Shown: positions 44,801 through 50,704 of the stretch, in pieces
How the letters are laid out: every line of letters starts with the position of its first letter
How positions within the stretch are numbered: the stretch's first letter is position 1
From: a virus
Direction: 5' to 3' (one strand)
DNA: 54,428 bases
IMG/VR virus record: IMGVR_UViG_3300047173_000017
The notes under the pieces: model-generated
The model's database searches: none
The model's input: the letters and a program-made list of their open reading frames with translations, nothing else
What the model was told of the DNA's origin: nothing
Position numbers and translations under genes: made by a program

Positions 44801-46189
44801 CTGCAGGCCGGCATTTACCTGACGACCCGCAAGGCGGCGATCGCGAAGGGGATGCAGCCTCGAGTCGCCGGGATCGTCGCGGCGCATATCGCCAACCGCT
44901 ACGCGGGCGCGCTGCCGCCGGAGTCGATCAGCAGCGCCGGCCGCAAGGTGGCGAACCTGCTGCTCTTCTCGAGGTCGTTCACTTTGGGCAACCTGGGCGT
45001 CATGAAGGACGCGCTGACCGGCTTGCCGCAGGACGTGCGCGCGCAGATCGAGACAGAGTTCGGCCAGGCGCAGCTGGTGAAAGCGACGTCCTACTCCCGT
45101 CGCAAGGCGTTCGCCGGGGTGATCGCGGACGTGGGGATGATGGCCGCGCTCAACGCGGTGGCGCAGTCCGGAATCAGCGCGCTGAACAAGCAGCAACAAG
45201 ATCCGGAGTGGGACAAGCAGCTGCTGTCGAAGCTCAAGTTCTTGGGCGCCGAGGGCGTGGGTGGCGTCGTCGGCATGGGAGCGCTCGGCGTGCCTGGCAT
45301 GGTCGCCGGCGCGCTCGGCGCTGGATGGCTGGCCGACCAAAAAGCTGCCGTCGCGCAGTCGCACGACCTGGTGGACTCGATGGTCCGGGGCATGAAGTCC
45401 GCCGCGATGGACCCGGTCCACGCGGTGCTGCATCCGTTCGACACGCTCGAGTCGATGTCGCCGACCTACCGCAACGAGCCTGGCAAGGGCGACCGCATCC
45501 TGGTCGGCCACGAGCCGGACGGTACGGCAATCTACGTGCGGTTGCCGTTCGGCAAGGTGGCCGAGGAAATCAAGGGATGGGCCACGCGCCCGGCGTGGCG
45601 GGGGCCGGATGGAACGCCGTCGATGCTCGAGCAGAAGAGCTCGACGCTGGTGCACCCGCTGCAGTACGCCTACACGAACGACACGGGGTTCGGCCGCAAG
45701 CTCTACAAGGACAACGACGACGTACTGGTCAAGGGCGGGAAGATTGCCGGCGAATTGATGAAGGAACAGGTGCCGGCCGATTCGATCGCTTCCGCCTATC
45801 GGATGCTACAAGGCAAGGGGCAACCGATGGACCCCGAAAAATTCCTGGGGCCGCTCCTGGGGTTGACGTTCTCGAAGGGGGCGCCTGGCGGGGAAGCGTC
45901 CGGCGAGCTCTTCCGCGAGGAAAGCCGGCACAAGGCCGACGTCGCCGACGCGGCGCCGGACATCAAGCAGGCGATCAAGGACGGCGACCAGGCCACCGCC
46001 AAGCGGCTGATGGACGCGGCAGGCATGACGGCCGAGGAACGCCGGTCGATGATTAAGCACACGCTGCACCCGGAGACATACGTCAGCGCGAGGGCGCTGC
46101 GGCAGTTCCAGCAAACGGCTACACCCGAAGAAAAGGCCAGGATGGCCAGCGCGCGCGCGGCGCGCCAGCCCGCGCAACCGGAGCAATAA
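35873..46189 (+). CDS. Giant 3,438-aa multidomain (polyvalent-type) virion protein candidate
   Basis: Uninterrupted ORF from a GTG start. HELMH at 39737-39751. ART-like FHGT...FFTSD...YIPFDENQVKSALGN module. HVEEFQSDWGEQGR module. Repeated RDPILD-x-RP and IAASQRT linkers. Hydrophobic Gly-rich C-terminal third. Confidence 0.9.
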   Translation: MADWQRVDQVAKNDAGQYMALVGGQWQPAEGGAKNDAGQYMALLSGGGIDQSVQDPRDAQAQGKAGIQLPPEQQGPTEQPQGAVGLQNTQPGYFMGEGSKALARGLLDVKQMPQAIKVFASSENVKIARDKLAAWNQIDDGTTPPPAQPQPGDPEIQGTEGRTQSWEYAQATPQQRIDMRAKVLKSISDNQDDQRAAIKVWQEFAAQKQKLTGRVPSLTDVHDATDFRDYLTSSLGEGALPLAAMVTASAIPRVGFGLVSAIMAGTSVAGGTGAALESAQTPAMGGQHVEGRWVPGQAATIQPNDAQAVMDQRRAGIGLAAGAETAMGALSPTQAVGRDALGAAVQGIKSTVGRVAAKAGLGAADMGVQNVAQYGMDTAAQGETPTLGGAADALTTGIITGAAIAGAHGAMHARKENAARVAADQDAQIRAAAQTVADQGAAPADQMRAAAGMQPGEMPGGPGEPPAPAAPGAPEVVGSGGAPTDKTAESPSGSSGSTPPAHVDPAVAQLEQARDLAKNSPSETVRAAAQKIIDADEQRKAASTEAERLAGEVGHTIDALRDARDAGNEPLATELETALAKLQKQAAKAREAAGEAPPKGGIEVKEGTVEHIEVPPVDEEKVGNERAAAAAAEDKDERETYYGTDQPKDALTGSDADRAASRGRSPLLKGLRDAGGIRTDQLSEIGLDRKRADGKRQSWSIGQGQPLFHKQGALADDSLAEHLHQHGYLADESDVDGAHEMVRQEWENPGSVKPLRERDRQAEDALAARYDRERDQELAEEARAIGIDPTGRTSEDLQNAVIAAHHADWTHLAQHGLTPDHAADWAEVHRAAHRDLAATEEAGRQYPAHGDDFMRAIREINGGLDSERESNQGGDQHQSGPGGEAGKPAVRGESAEAAGADRGTGQEPADRAGNGQQGRDAGEPGGNAQAGPEVPDGGAERRTATAAQGRGPLDEAGIRRFARAAQAAAQKAGFDLKELFRKGYVRIVDSSNASHPLASHPGVSALYVPPIRGADGKMERRGYVEIYADRADPQRIPELILHEVGDHLGLLGLGRDGYDKLLNEILDNRNAPDVQRTWREVAQNYPDLPEGGRAFLREVSAHLAETGADRGTTRKLLDHAQAMAYKTLGIRLGRTGDLVRGLAAAMARSIQNSRFDIAKERMAIPEREGESIRIAREASAAGRAAWAAANGGAAAKQTEAKLRGPLSADQARAHPSIGPVMAAADSLGLSALHEATDFNVQEAHHGDDAATVHIGTDGRVKITLWGAHNELVDSGDPRDLSQAQRLVYHELMHVMDAANRGGIYSAHPDLWIDHNRAGDIVGIGDAARELIQLYRNNDLLNKMLHYPLHTDYSGMGPTELPKELFAQAQTAYLAKTAREIIEREAPNAARYLRIALEQARGAKAPLTESDRQIARTAFAAATRRGTDERSATAADSGRPGGGGDAGGRPGFDGIAASQRTERERDPILDVRPAPIWKSALHDAVASMPDKKMPGSSWLAEIKGLVNKGKVKAEELRWVGLDDALKAAPGKLSRDDVAKWIADNGVRLDEVRYGDTRREQRDALKAARNRVLDVLKEARGFMESGGVDPDEMASAIDALQNHKPQSGVDDPQLTKAYELLREHAPPGYDFNTINDAHDAHARAIEDWDAARIADSSQSATRHAKYTLPGGENYRETVLTLPSRNGEAIARLTQQRRAESEKIREALIAVRRSNITPNEYAEIKLAATGRIDEIDRNLIELAKESVRRAEPHFEHNGHWPGVENPVAHLRTTDRVDAEGKRNLHVEEFQSDWGEQGRSKGFSDKSKVADAERRLEAFDAETESLRGAILDQMKELAKNGQRDILTMSEEDSQRWHDLDRQQAHITDERWAQRAPLNDELSRARSGLPLAPFVGNTQHWVALLIKRAIRMAAEGGYDRVTWSRGDQINNVLSISRVVRKISWDAEPKRNLRRVVMDLTQYRDPMELVVDNRNGEIAQVSDDSQSAWVGKNLSEVVGKEMADKIMSDKVEYGSLEGDGLKVGGEGNRKFYDQVVPNVANDVLKKFGGGRVRDVDYGNGPASVERYRVFFDDDAVNNGERGGWYIEDENGPRESRFVTREEAQAQANEYNADEDQSTAIGRQQGFDITPEMRAQASEAMPMFSKREAPRARDPILDTRPGTDERDQNFRRWSNDAPMVRSADADNYPFKSGQKFVAEAFHGTKRPDRVGSRFRKSRATSGPMSFFTSDPQLASGYAASKNDTSLQREDQGYETWFRYKPKGARTAVNIDRAWYHLDRETQDKIARIAPTLHEDDDGNLVSTPGKTSGNGGYDQALAETQRGWDKRGNPLKALVEAWLNSGSMFDREEDFGKLLEAAGMPKGSVEMHDPHAQYPAVYKTFVHMDRPLVTTDIPPEVRDALNTAAKRDRSSPVQGATGWDKDSQTLRDWVRDFNSGDDAARYLWTLIPEKVTKVLRSLGYDGIVDRSGKGGGPEHPVYIPFDENQVKSALGNKGTFDRDSSDIAASQRTPKDDIGLTYPGAKMPGGGGTPPRRPGAPGPAATPPGGTPPLAQRNPFYRRIWDSPFLQKARDLAGNIFRDIQSKTSPMTATSTKEFQAMAKDYANAMRQGRQKFAEWFDILNRNYNADQLRRMWEAGDEENDMRREQRLNGTPLDPSKGLASLPKDQRDVMDFMSAYGTKLLAEAKALGMYEGEGVDYWVPRTAARIGADGDYEPLLPGARGEGGGSPRTKSKNLTGRNWDTTAEAEAALQGREGTGAKFIRDIRTMPLAMRRLEEAIAGRRLVDRVLEESQKMALDPAAFVPASDHPAFKVYQADINDPTAPWKVTTMRIPKEAKGPLDAVLSKAPGDAYKGLLALKNWGVGNIMFSPFIHLGVELGRAAPVMRGKMLTLGFWKDGAAMLRNPDLLRQAIGEGYVKIGRQNLSEDMSSMEREPELHPGRGLTAQVAGLAARPFGKNARQAAMRGVDRIGDFVHGTLLWDRIAQLQAGIYLTTRKAAIAKGMQPRVAGIVAAHIANRYAGALPPESISSAGRKVANLLLFSRSFTLGNLGVMKDALTGLPQDVRAQIETEFGQAQLVKATSYSRRKAFAGVIADVGMMAALNAVAQSGISALNKQQQDPEWDKQLLSKLKFLGAEGVGGVVGMGALGVPGMVAGALGAGWLADQKAAVAQSHDLVDSMVRGMKSAAMDPVHAVLHPFDTLESMSPTYRNEPGKGDRILVGHEPDGTAIYVRLPFGKVAEEIKGWATRPAWRGPDGTPSMLEQKSSTLVHPLQYAYTNDTGFGRKLYKDNDDVLVKGGKIAGELMKEQVPADSIASAYRMLQGKGQPMDPEKFLGPLLGLTFSKGAPGGEASGELFREESRHKADVADAAPDIKQAIKDGDQATAKRLMDAAGMTAEERRSMIKHTLHPETYVSARALRQFQQTATPEEKARMASARAARQPAQPEQ

Positions 46190-46190
46190 G

Positions 46191-46538
46191 ATGACCGACG
46201 ACAAGTGGCAGGCGCTCAAGCAAGCCGAGATCGGCACCGGCATTGGCCTGGTTGCTGCCGTATTCAGGCTAGTGATCTTCGGCCAGGCAGGCGGGTTTCT
46301 GGCGTGGCTGTCGATCGCCAGTGCGGCTATCCTGGTCGGCATCGTCTGCAGCCTGGCGCTGGCGCATACCACGATCAACGGGGTGACGCTGTCGACCGGG
46401 GTGCAGTGGGCGACGAGCCTGGTCGTTACCTTCATCGCACGGGACCTGCTGACCGGCCTGCGCGGTGTCGGCGACCAGTTTGCCAGCGACCCGCTCGCGA
46501 TCGCGATGCGGGTCTGGAACGCGATTCGAGGACGTTGA
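46191..46538 (+). CDS. Holin candidate (115 aa, three hydrophobic helices)
   Basis: Starts 1 nt after the giant gene. Helices IGLVAAVFRLVIF, FLAWLSIASAAILVGIVCSLALA and WATSLVVTFIA. First gene of the lysis cassette. Confidence 0.7.
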   Translation: MTDDKWQALKQAEIGTGIGLVAAVFRLVIFGQAGGFLAWLSIASAAILVGIVCSLALAHTTINGVTLSTGVQWATSLVVTFIARDLLTGLRGVGDQFASDPLAIAMRVWNAIRGR

Positions 46539-46539
46539 A

Positions 46540-46863
46540 ATGAACCCCGTAGAAATCTTCCAGTTTTTCGTCATTGCCGTGTGCTTGATTGCCGCGATCA
46601 TTTCCTTTGCCGCGTACCGCAGCTCGAGCGTTGGCGGTCCGGAGTCGATCAACGCCGGCCGGCTGGTCAAGGCAGTGGTCTACCTGGTGATTGCCGGCTG
46701 GGTCATCGACCTGATCTCGCGGGCCGACCCGCAACAGCACGCGCTGCTCATCCCGATCTTTCTGCTGGCGCTGGTGGATCTCGGCCAGGGGCTGTCGCGG
46801 ATCGCGGACTCGGTCGGTGTCGGCCCGTGGCTGACTGCCAGGCACGCGCGACACGATAGCTAG
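46540..46863 (+). CDS. Second holin/antiholin-like membrane protein (107 aa, three hydrophobic helices)
   Basis: Internal ATG 1 nt after the upstream stop. Helices FFVIAVCLIAAIISFAAY, AVVYLVIAGWVIDLI and LLIPIFLLALVDL. Confidence 0.65.
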   Translation: MNPVEIFQFFVIAVCLIAAIISFAAYRSSSVGGPESINAGRLVKAVVYLVIAGWVIDLISRADPQQHALLIPIFLLALVDLGQGLSRIADSVGVGPWLTARHARHDS

Positions 46864-46872
46864 ACGACCGGA

Positions 46873-47151
46873 TTGGCGGTACGATCCTTCCTGCAACGGG
46901 AGGGATCGGTGGAACCGAAGGTCAGCCAGGTCGTCGACCCGACGATCGACATCAATCTCGACGAGCCCATCAGCCCGCTCGCCGCCCCTGTCAAGGTCAC
47001 GCCGCCGCCGCCGCGCAAGCCCGCGCCGCCGCCGCCCCGATCGGTGCGCGGCGCGATCTACGCCTTCCTGCTGATCGTCCTGGCTGTCGCGATGATCCTG
47101 AACAACAGGGGTCTGCTCATCCCGGTGCTCACGCGAGCGCATCTGCTTTGA
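46873..47151 (+). CDS. Pro-rich, C-terminally anchored membrane protein (up to 92 aa); start uncertain
   Basis: TTG at 46873, or GTG at 46909 after GGGAGGGA. Contains PPPPRKPAPPPPR followed by the TM segment AIYAFLLIVLAVAMIL. Confidence 0.5.
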   Translation: MAVRSFLQREGSVEPKVSQVVDPTIDINLDEPISPLAAPVKVTPPPPRKPAPPPPRSVRGAIYAFLLIVLAVAMILNNRGLLIPVLTRAHLL

Positions 47152-47654
47152 ATCCGCTCTCGATCATTGAGCTGGTGGTCATGGTCGGGATCGTCGCCGG
47201 CGCGGCGTGGCTGGGTGGCGACGTGGAAAAGGCGCACCTGAACGCGGAGTTCGACAAGGAACGTGCGGCGATCCGTGCCGAGGTCGACGCGCAGCGCGGC
47301 CGTGCGGACCGCGCCGAGGCGCTTGCAAACGGCAAAGACCAGGAGGTTCTAAATGCTCAGAGCACTGCTGCGAAACAGCGCGCGACTGACGCTGCTGCTA
47401 TGGCTGATTCTCTTGCCCGCTTGCACCAGCGTCTGTCCGATCTCACCGCCAGCGTCGGGACTGGTGCTGCCGCCGTTCCCGTATCAAAGGGCGAATCCTG
47501 CGCCGCCGCAGTCACCCGACTCGCCGACGGCGTCGGCAAGCTGGCGGGTGCTGGTGGACTCCTTGCAGCAACCTACGACGCCTGCTCCGACCAGCGCCGC
47601 GCCTGCGAGCGGTGGGCCGACATCGTCGAAGAGCAAGTGAAGGCGTCGCGTTAG
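47148..47654 (+). CDS. Rz: i-spanin (Rz-like)
   Basis: TTG start overlapping the upstream stop. N-terminal TM IIELVVMVGIVAGAAWL, then a charged coiled coil. Contains an embedded lipoprotein ORF. Confidence 0.75.
   Translation: MNPLSIIELVVMVGIVAGAAWLGGDVEKAHLNAEFDKERAAIRAEVDAQRGRADRAEALANGKDQEVLNAQSTAAKQRATDAAAMADSLARLHQRLSDLTASVGTGAAAVPVSKGESCAAAVTRLADGVGKLAGAGGLLAATYDACSDQRRACERWADIVEEQVKASR
47353..47640 (+). CDS. Rz1: o-spanin (Rz1-like lipoprotein) embedded in the +1 frame of Rz
   Basis: Signal peptide plus lipobox LLLWLILLPAC, with a Pro-rich mature part. Lies entirely inside 47148..47654. Confidence 0.75.
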   Translation: MLRALLRNSARLTLLLWLILLPACTSVCPISPPASGLVLPPFPYQRANPAPPQSPDSPTASASWRVLVDSLQQPTTPAPTSAAPASGGPTSSKSK

Positions 47655-47863
47655 CTGATCTTGCGGTGCTGGAATTGGCCGCGGACGTGCGTGCCGAAGT
47701 GCTTGCCGACTGACGGCGCGCTGATGAGCGCCTGGTGCTGCGCCGGCTCGACGCCGGCGTATTCGTACAGACCGCCGTTCGTAAATTCAACGTGCATCGT
47801 CTTGCTGTCGGGGTCGTAACCGACCGACTTGATGTTGCTGCTGATGACCGGCTTTCGTTCCAT
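47651..47863 (-). CDS. KTSC-domain protein (70 aa), last gene of the leftward block
   Basis: ISSNIKSVGYDPDSKTMHVEFTNGGLYEYAGVEPAQHQALISAPSVGKHF matches the KTSC-domain pattern. Its stop (47651-47653) overlaps the Rz stop (47652-47654). Confidence 0.7.
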   Translation of the reverse strand: MERKPVISSNIKSVGYDPDSKTMHVEFTNGGLYEYAGVEPAQHQALISAPSVGKHFGTHVRGQFQHRKIS

Positions 47864-47865
47864 CC

Positions 47866-48060
47866 TTACCCCGCGAAGTGTTTGTTGTAGATCCGCTCGA
47901 TGATGGCGACCTGCTTCTCGCTCATCCAGCTGGTGCTGCCGCCGCGGCCCTGCACCTTCTCCTGAAGTCCGGCAAGGAACCCTCGTTCCCATTCGGTCAG
48001 GTCCTTGTCTGGCAAGCCGCATACCCGCTCGATCTGTCCTTGCAAGCTGACTACTGCCAT
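47866..48060 (-). CDS. Hypothetical protein (64 aa)
   Basis: Internal ATG (MAVVSLQGQ...). LTEWERGFLAGL...SEKQVAIIERI is a recurrent small phage-protein pattern of unknown function. Confidence 0.6.
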   Translation of the reverse strand: MAVVSLQGQIERVCGLPDKDLTEWERGFLAGLQEKVQGRGGSTSWMSEKQVAIIERIYNKHFAG

Positions 48061-48524
48061 TGCTTCACCCTCAGTGGCGTGTTCTTCAGAAGTGAGTCTG
48101 CCGCCAGGCCGACGTTGTACACGATGTGCTGCAGCAGGTAGCACCCGACTTCGTTCTTGAACCCGCCGTCCTCGCCGATAAACTCGGCGATCATTTCGCA
48201 CGCGTGCTGGGATTCGTGGGCCATCACGCCGGCCGCGGCATACCAGTTGCACCCGGCAAGGTGCTCGCGCTCGAACGTGATAACCACGGTCTTAGCCGGA
48301 CGGAAGCCCCAGCAGTAACCGCCGTTCGGGTTTGCCCATCGGTCGTTCTCGGAGTACGCGGGTCCAGCTGCTTCGGCGAAGGCTTCGCGGCTGAAGGCGA
48401 CGCCGAGGCGCACCGATGTGAGGAACCCCAGTTCGATCCAGACCGGGTGTTTGATCCAAGCCTGCTCAGGCTTTTTTCTTGCCACCGTGGTTCCACTTTC
48501 TCGCGTTCTCGGCGAACACGGCAC
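48051..48524 (-). CDS. HExxH-motif protein (putative metallopeptidase-like); start uncertain
   Basis: MAHESQHACEMIAEF. ATG 48524 or GTG 48485; both overlap the upstream gene. Confidence 0.5.
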   Translation of the reverse strand: MPCSPRTRESGTTVARKKPEQAWIKHPVWIELGFLTSVRLGVAFSREAFAEAAGPAYSENDRWANPNGGYCWGFRPAKTVVITFEREHLAGCNWYAAAGVMAHESQHACEMIAEFIGEDGGFKNEVGCYLLQHIVYNVGLAADSLLKNTPLRVKQWQ

Positions 48525-48651
48525 GCTTCGCCTGGACGCCGCCCTTCGCCTTTTCCTTCGCGATGTCGGCCTGGGTGATCGGGGCGCCGGGTTTCTTCCC
48601 GAGATCCTTGTGCATCGCCCCTTTTTTGATGGGTCCGATTTTATTTGCCAC
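48466..48651 (-). CDS. Small Lys-rich protein (61 aa)
   Basis: ORF track. The Lys-rich sequence reads MANKIGPIKKGAMHKDLGKKPGAP...GGKKKA. Confidence 0.55.
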   Translation of the reverse strand: MANKIGPIKKGAMHKDLGKKPGAPITQADIAKEKAKGGVQAKRAVFAENARKWNHGGKKKA

Positions 48652-49117
48652 GCGATCCTCCCTTTGGAAGTGTCACGGCATCTTCCGGAGCCATGCCGCG
48701 GGCGATCCTGTTGTTGATCGCCGATTGTTTGATGCCGAGCCTCAGCGCCCAGTCAGACGCCAGCAGCGTCTCGTTGTTCGCCGTGATCCATCTGTTGTCT
48801 GTGCGGTTGCGCTGCTGATCTTTCGCAGACAACCATCGGCAATTTTCAGGACAGTAATTGCCGCGAGGGTCGATACGGTCTATCTGAAGTTGGCCGGGAC
48901 GCTCGCCCATGTCGGCGAGAAAATTCGCGTAGTCGTGCCACCGCTCGCAAACCGAAATGCCCTTGCCGCCGTACTTGTGGAAGCATGGGTGGTTCGGATT
49001 GGAGCAGCGTGCCTTCATGCCGGCCCAAATCCGATATGTCGGACTCTGGACGCAACGGTTGCCATCGCGCAGATAGCCACCGTGTTTGAAAGCGTGGTGC
49101 ATCGCCGCCCCGGCCAC
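48641..49117 (-). CDS. HNH/AP2-type (homing-endonuclease-like) DNA-binding protein
   Basis: YRIWAGMKARCSNPNHPCFHKYGGKGISVCERWHDYANFLADMGERP...IDRIDPRGNYCPENCRWLSAKDQQRN is a widespread phage HNH/AP2-like pattern. The C-terminus is HTH-like. Lower-GC patch. Confidence 0.7.
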   Translation of the reverse strand: MAGAAMHHAFKHGGYLRDGNRCVQSPTYRIWAGMKARCSNPNHPCFHKYGGKGISVCERWHDYANFLADMGERPGQLQIDRIDPRGNYCPENCRWLSAKDQQRNRTDNRWITANNETLLASDWALRLGIKQSAINNRIARGMAPEDAVTLPKGGSRGK

Positions 49118-49119
49118 GG

Positions 49120-49227
49120 CTACTTCTTTTCGTGGCGCTTCGACTTCTTCTCCATTTCCTCCTTCTTTTTCTTCTCGGACATTTTCCCCTTCTTCTCGTC
49201 CTTCTTCATCATTTCCTTGCGTGCCAT
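49120..49227 (-). CDS. Micro-ORF, 35 aa, extreme Lys/Glu content (MARKEMMKKDEKKGKMSEKKKKEEMEKKSKRHEKK), not in the ORF track
   Basis: Hand translation, checked codon by codon. GGGAG 6 nt upstream. Stop lies 2 nt before the HNH gene start. Confidence 0.4.
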   Translation of the reverse strand: MARKEMMKKDEKKGKMSEKKKKEEMEKKSKRHEKK

Positions 49228-49290
49228 GATCGACTCCCGGTAGGTGGATAGGTGCTGCGATCCGGACTGTGCGGTGCGCGCGCAGTCACG

Positions 49291-49485
49291 TCAAGCGCGG
49301 TTGCGCTCGAGCTTGGCCAGCCGGCGACGTTCCTCGCGGCTGAGGGTTGCGGAGTGCGGCGGGTGTTCGATCGTCAGGTCGATCTGCAACCAGCCTGGCG
49401 GCGACTCGTCGACCAGGTGCGTGTACACGCGGCCTGGCTGGTCCGGCACGGTGATCGGTCCGAAGTACCACGCGGGCCAGACCAT
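49291..49485 (-). CDS. Hypothetical protein (64 aa)
   Basis: Internal ATG (MVWPAWYFGPITV...) overlapping the upstream stop by 1 nt. Confidence 0.5.
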   Translation of the reverse strand: MVWPAWYFGPITVPDQPGRVYTHLVDESPPGWLQIDLTIEHPPHSATLSREERRRLAKLERNRA

Positions 49486-49907
49486 CACAGTTCCAGGCTG
49501 CGCTGCGAGCTCTCGACCTTGGTCGCGTCGCCGGGGTCGAGATACCGCTGGCCGTCCTCGATGACCATGAGGACTGACCGGCCGGCGACCGAGGCGAGCG
49601 CGTGCGCCTCTTCGCTCACCGGCATTTCCAGGGCGATCTTCACGCCGTCCGCTTTGAACGTGGCCTGGGCGACCTGGACCTGGAAGCTGACGCGGTAGTC
49701 CGAGGCGATCGTCGTCACCGCGCGCGTCACCGCGGCGCGCACGTCGGATTCGACTTCGGTCAGCAGCGTCTTTTGCGACGCCTCCGACATCAGCTGCCAC
49801 GGCATCGCGGCCGACTTCAGCTGCTTGGTCGCGGCCTTGATGACGTCTCCGAGCAGGAACAGGTGGGCGGCGTCGGTGCCGGTATAGAAGCGGTCAGGCT
49901 TGTTCAT
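49485..49907 (-). CDS. Hypothetical recombination-module protein (140 aa)
   Basis: Internal ATG (MNKPDRFYTG...) with ATGA overlap. Confidence 0.65.
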   Translation of the reverse strand: MNKPDRFYTGTDAAHLFLLGDVIKAATKQLKSAAMPWQLMSEASQKTLLTEVESDVRAAVTRAVTTIASDYRVSFQVQVAQATFKADGVKIALEMPVSEEAHALASVAGRSVLMVIEDGQRYLDPGDATKVESSQRSLEL

Positions 49908-50704
49908 CGAATGGCCCTCGTTGCGTTCGACTCGTCTTCCCATGCCAGCAGGCCGGGGAACAGGATCTCGGTGCGGTCTTTCAGCATCCCGGCCAGGCGC
50001 TTCAGGCCGGCCGGCTTGACGTCGACCAGCTCAGCCGGGTCGATCATGTCCTGGGCGGCGAGCGCGGCGAGGAACGTCTTGAGGTTCTTCGGCGACGGTC
50101 CGACCTTGGCCGTCCAGGTCTTGCGGGTGCTGCTGCCGGCGAGCTTGGTTGGCGCGACCAGCGGGGCGACGACGGTCGAGGCGATCGCTTCCTTGGCGCT
50201 GGCAAGGCGCTCAGCGTTTGCCAGAACGGCCGCTGCGCGCTCGACGTTGCCGGCCGCCTCGAGTGCCGCGGCTTTCTCGGCGGCGGCTTCCCGCGCCTTC
50301 CTGGCCTGTTCCTCGAGGCGCGCGCGCTCGAGCGCCGCGACGCGGTTCGCCTCTGCCTGCTCGGCCTCGATCCGCAGCCGCTCCGATTGCTTGAACAGGA
50401 GGATCGCCTTGTTCAAGGTCGACTCGGCCTGCTCCATGATCGCGACCGCCGGCTTCCAGCGTTCGGTGATCGCCGCAAGCGCCGCGTTCAGCGGGTCGCG
50501 CTCGGCCTTCACCGCAGCCTTCAGGTCCTGCGCCAGCCCTTTGACGCGCGCCAGCTGGTCGTTCGCCCACCGCGCCTCTTCCGGCCCGGCGACCTTGTAG
50601 TCCGGCACGATCTTCAGTTCGCCGACGCGCCTCTTGAATACCTCTACCGCATCCGGCGGTGCTTCGGGTGGCACTCCATCGTCCATCGTTTCCTCCGTTG
50701 TCAT
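49904..50704 (-). CDS. Coiled-coil protein (266 aa) in the recombination module
   Basis: ATG 50704 overlaps the exonuclease stop (ATGA). A second ATG 18 nt downstream has a strong GGAGGA. Long Ala/Glu/Arg helices. Confidence 0.65.
   Translation of the reverse strand: MTTEETMDDGVPPEAPPDAVEVFKRRVGELKIVPDYKVAGPEEARWANDQLARVKGLAQDLKAAVKAERDPLNAALAAITERWKPAVAIMEQAESTLNKAILLFKQSERLRIEAEQAEANRVAALERARLEEQARKAREAAAEKAAALEAAGNVERAAAVLANAERLASAKEAIASTVVAPLVAPTKLAGSSTRKTWTAKVGPSPKNLKTFLAALAAQDMIDPAELVDVKPAGLKRLAGMLKDRTEILFPGLLAWEDESNATRAIR

Noticed and set aside
42866-45655. 929-aa minus-strand ORF, with similar long antisense or off-frame ORFs at 34673..36736, 36860..38716, 44317..46056, 39743..40855 and 40940..41812, inside the giant gene
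   Set aside because: The translations are dominated by Arg/Ala/Gly/Pro/His runs typical of shadow ORFs in high-GC DNA. They lack RBS-linked starts and lie entirely opposite or out of frame to a gene with recognisable domains.
35873-46189. N4-type virion RNA polymerase, based on the size of about 3,400 aa
   Set aside because: By eye I could not find the T7-like polymerase motifs (DxxxD motif A, RxxxK...YG motif B, HD motif C). Instead I see HExxH, ART-like and linker-delimited modules. Retained only as an alternative to test.
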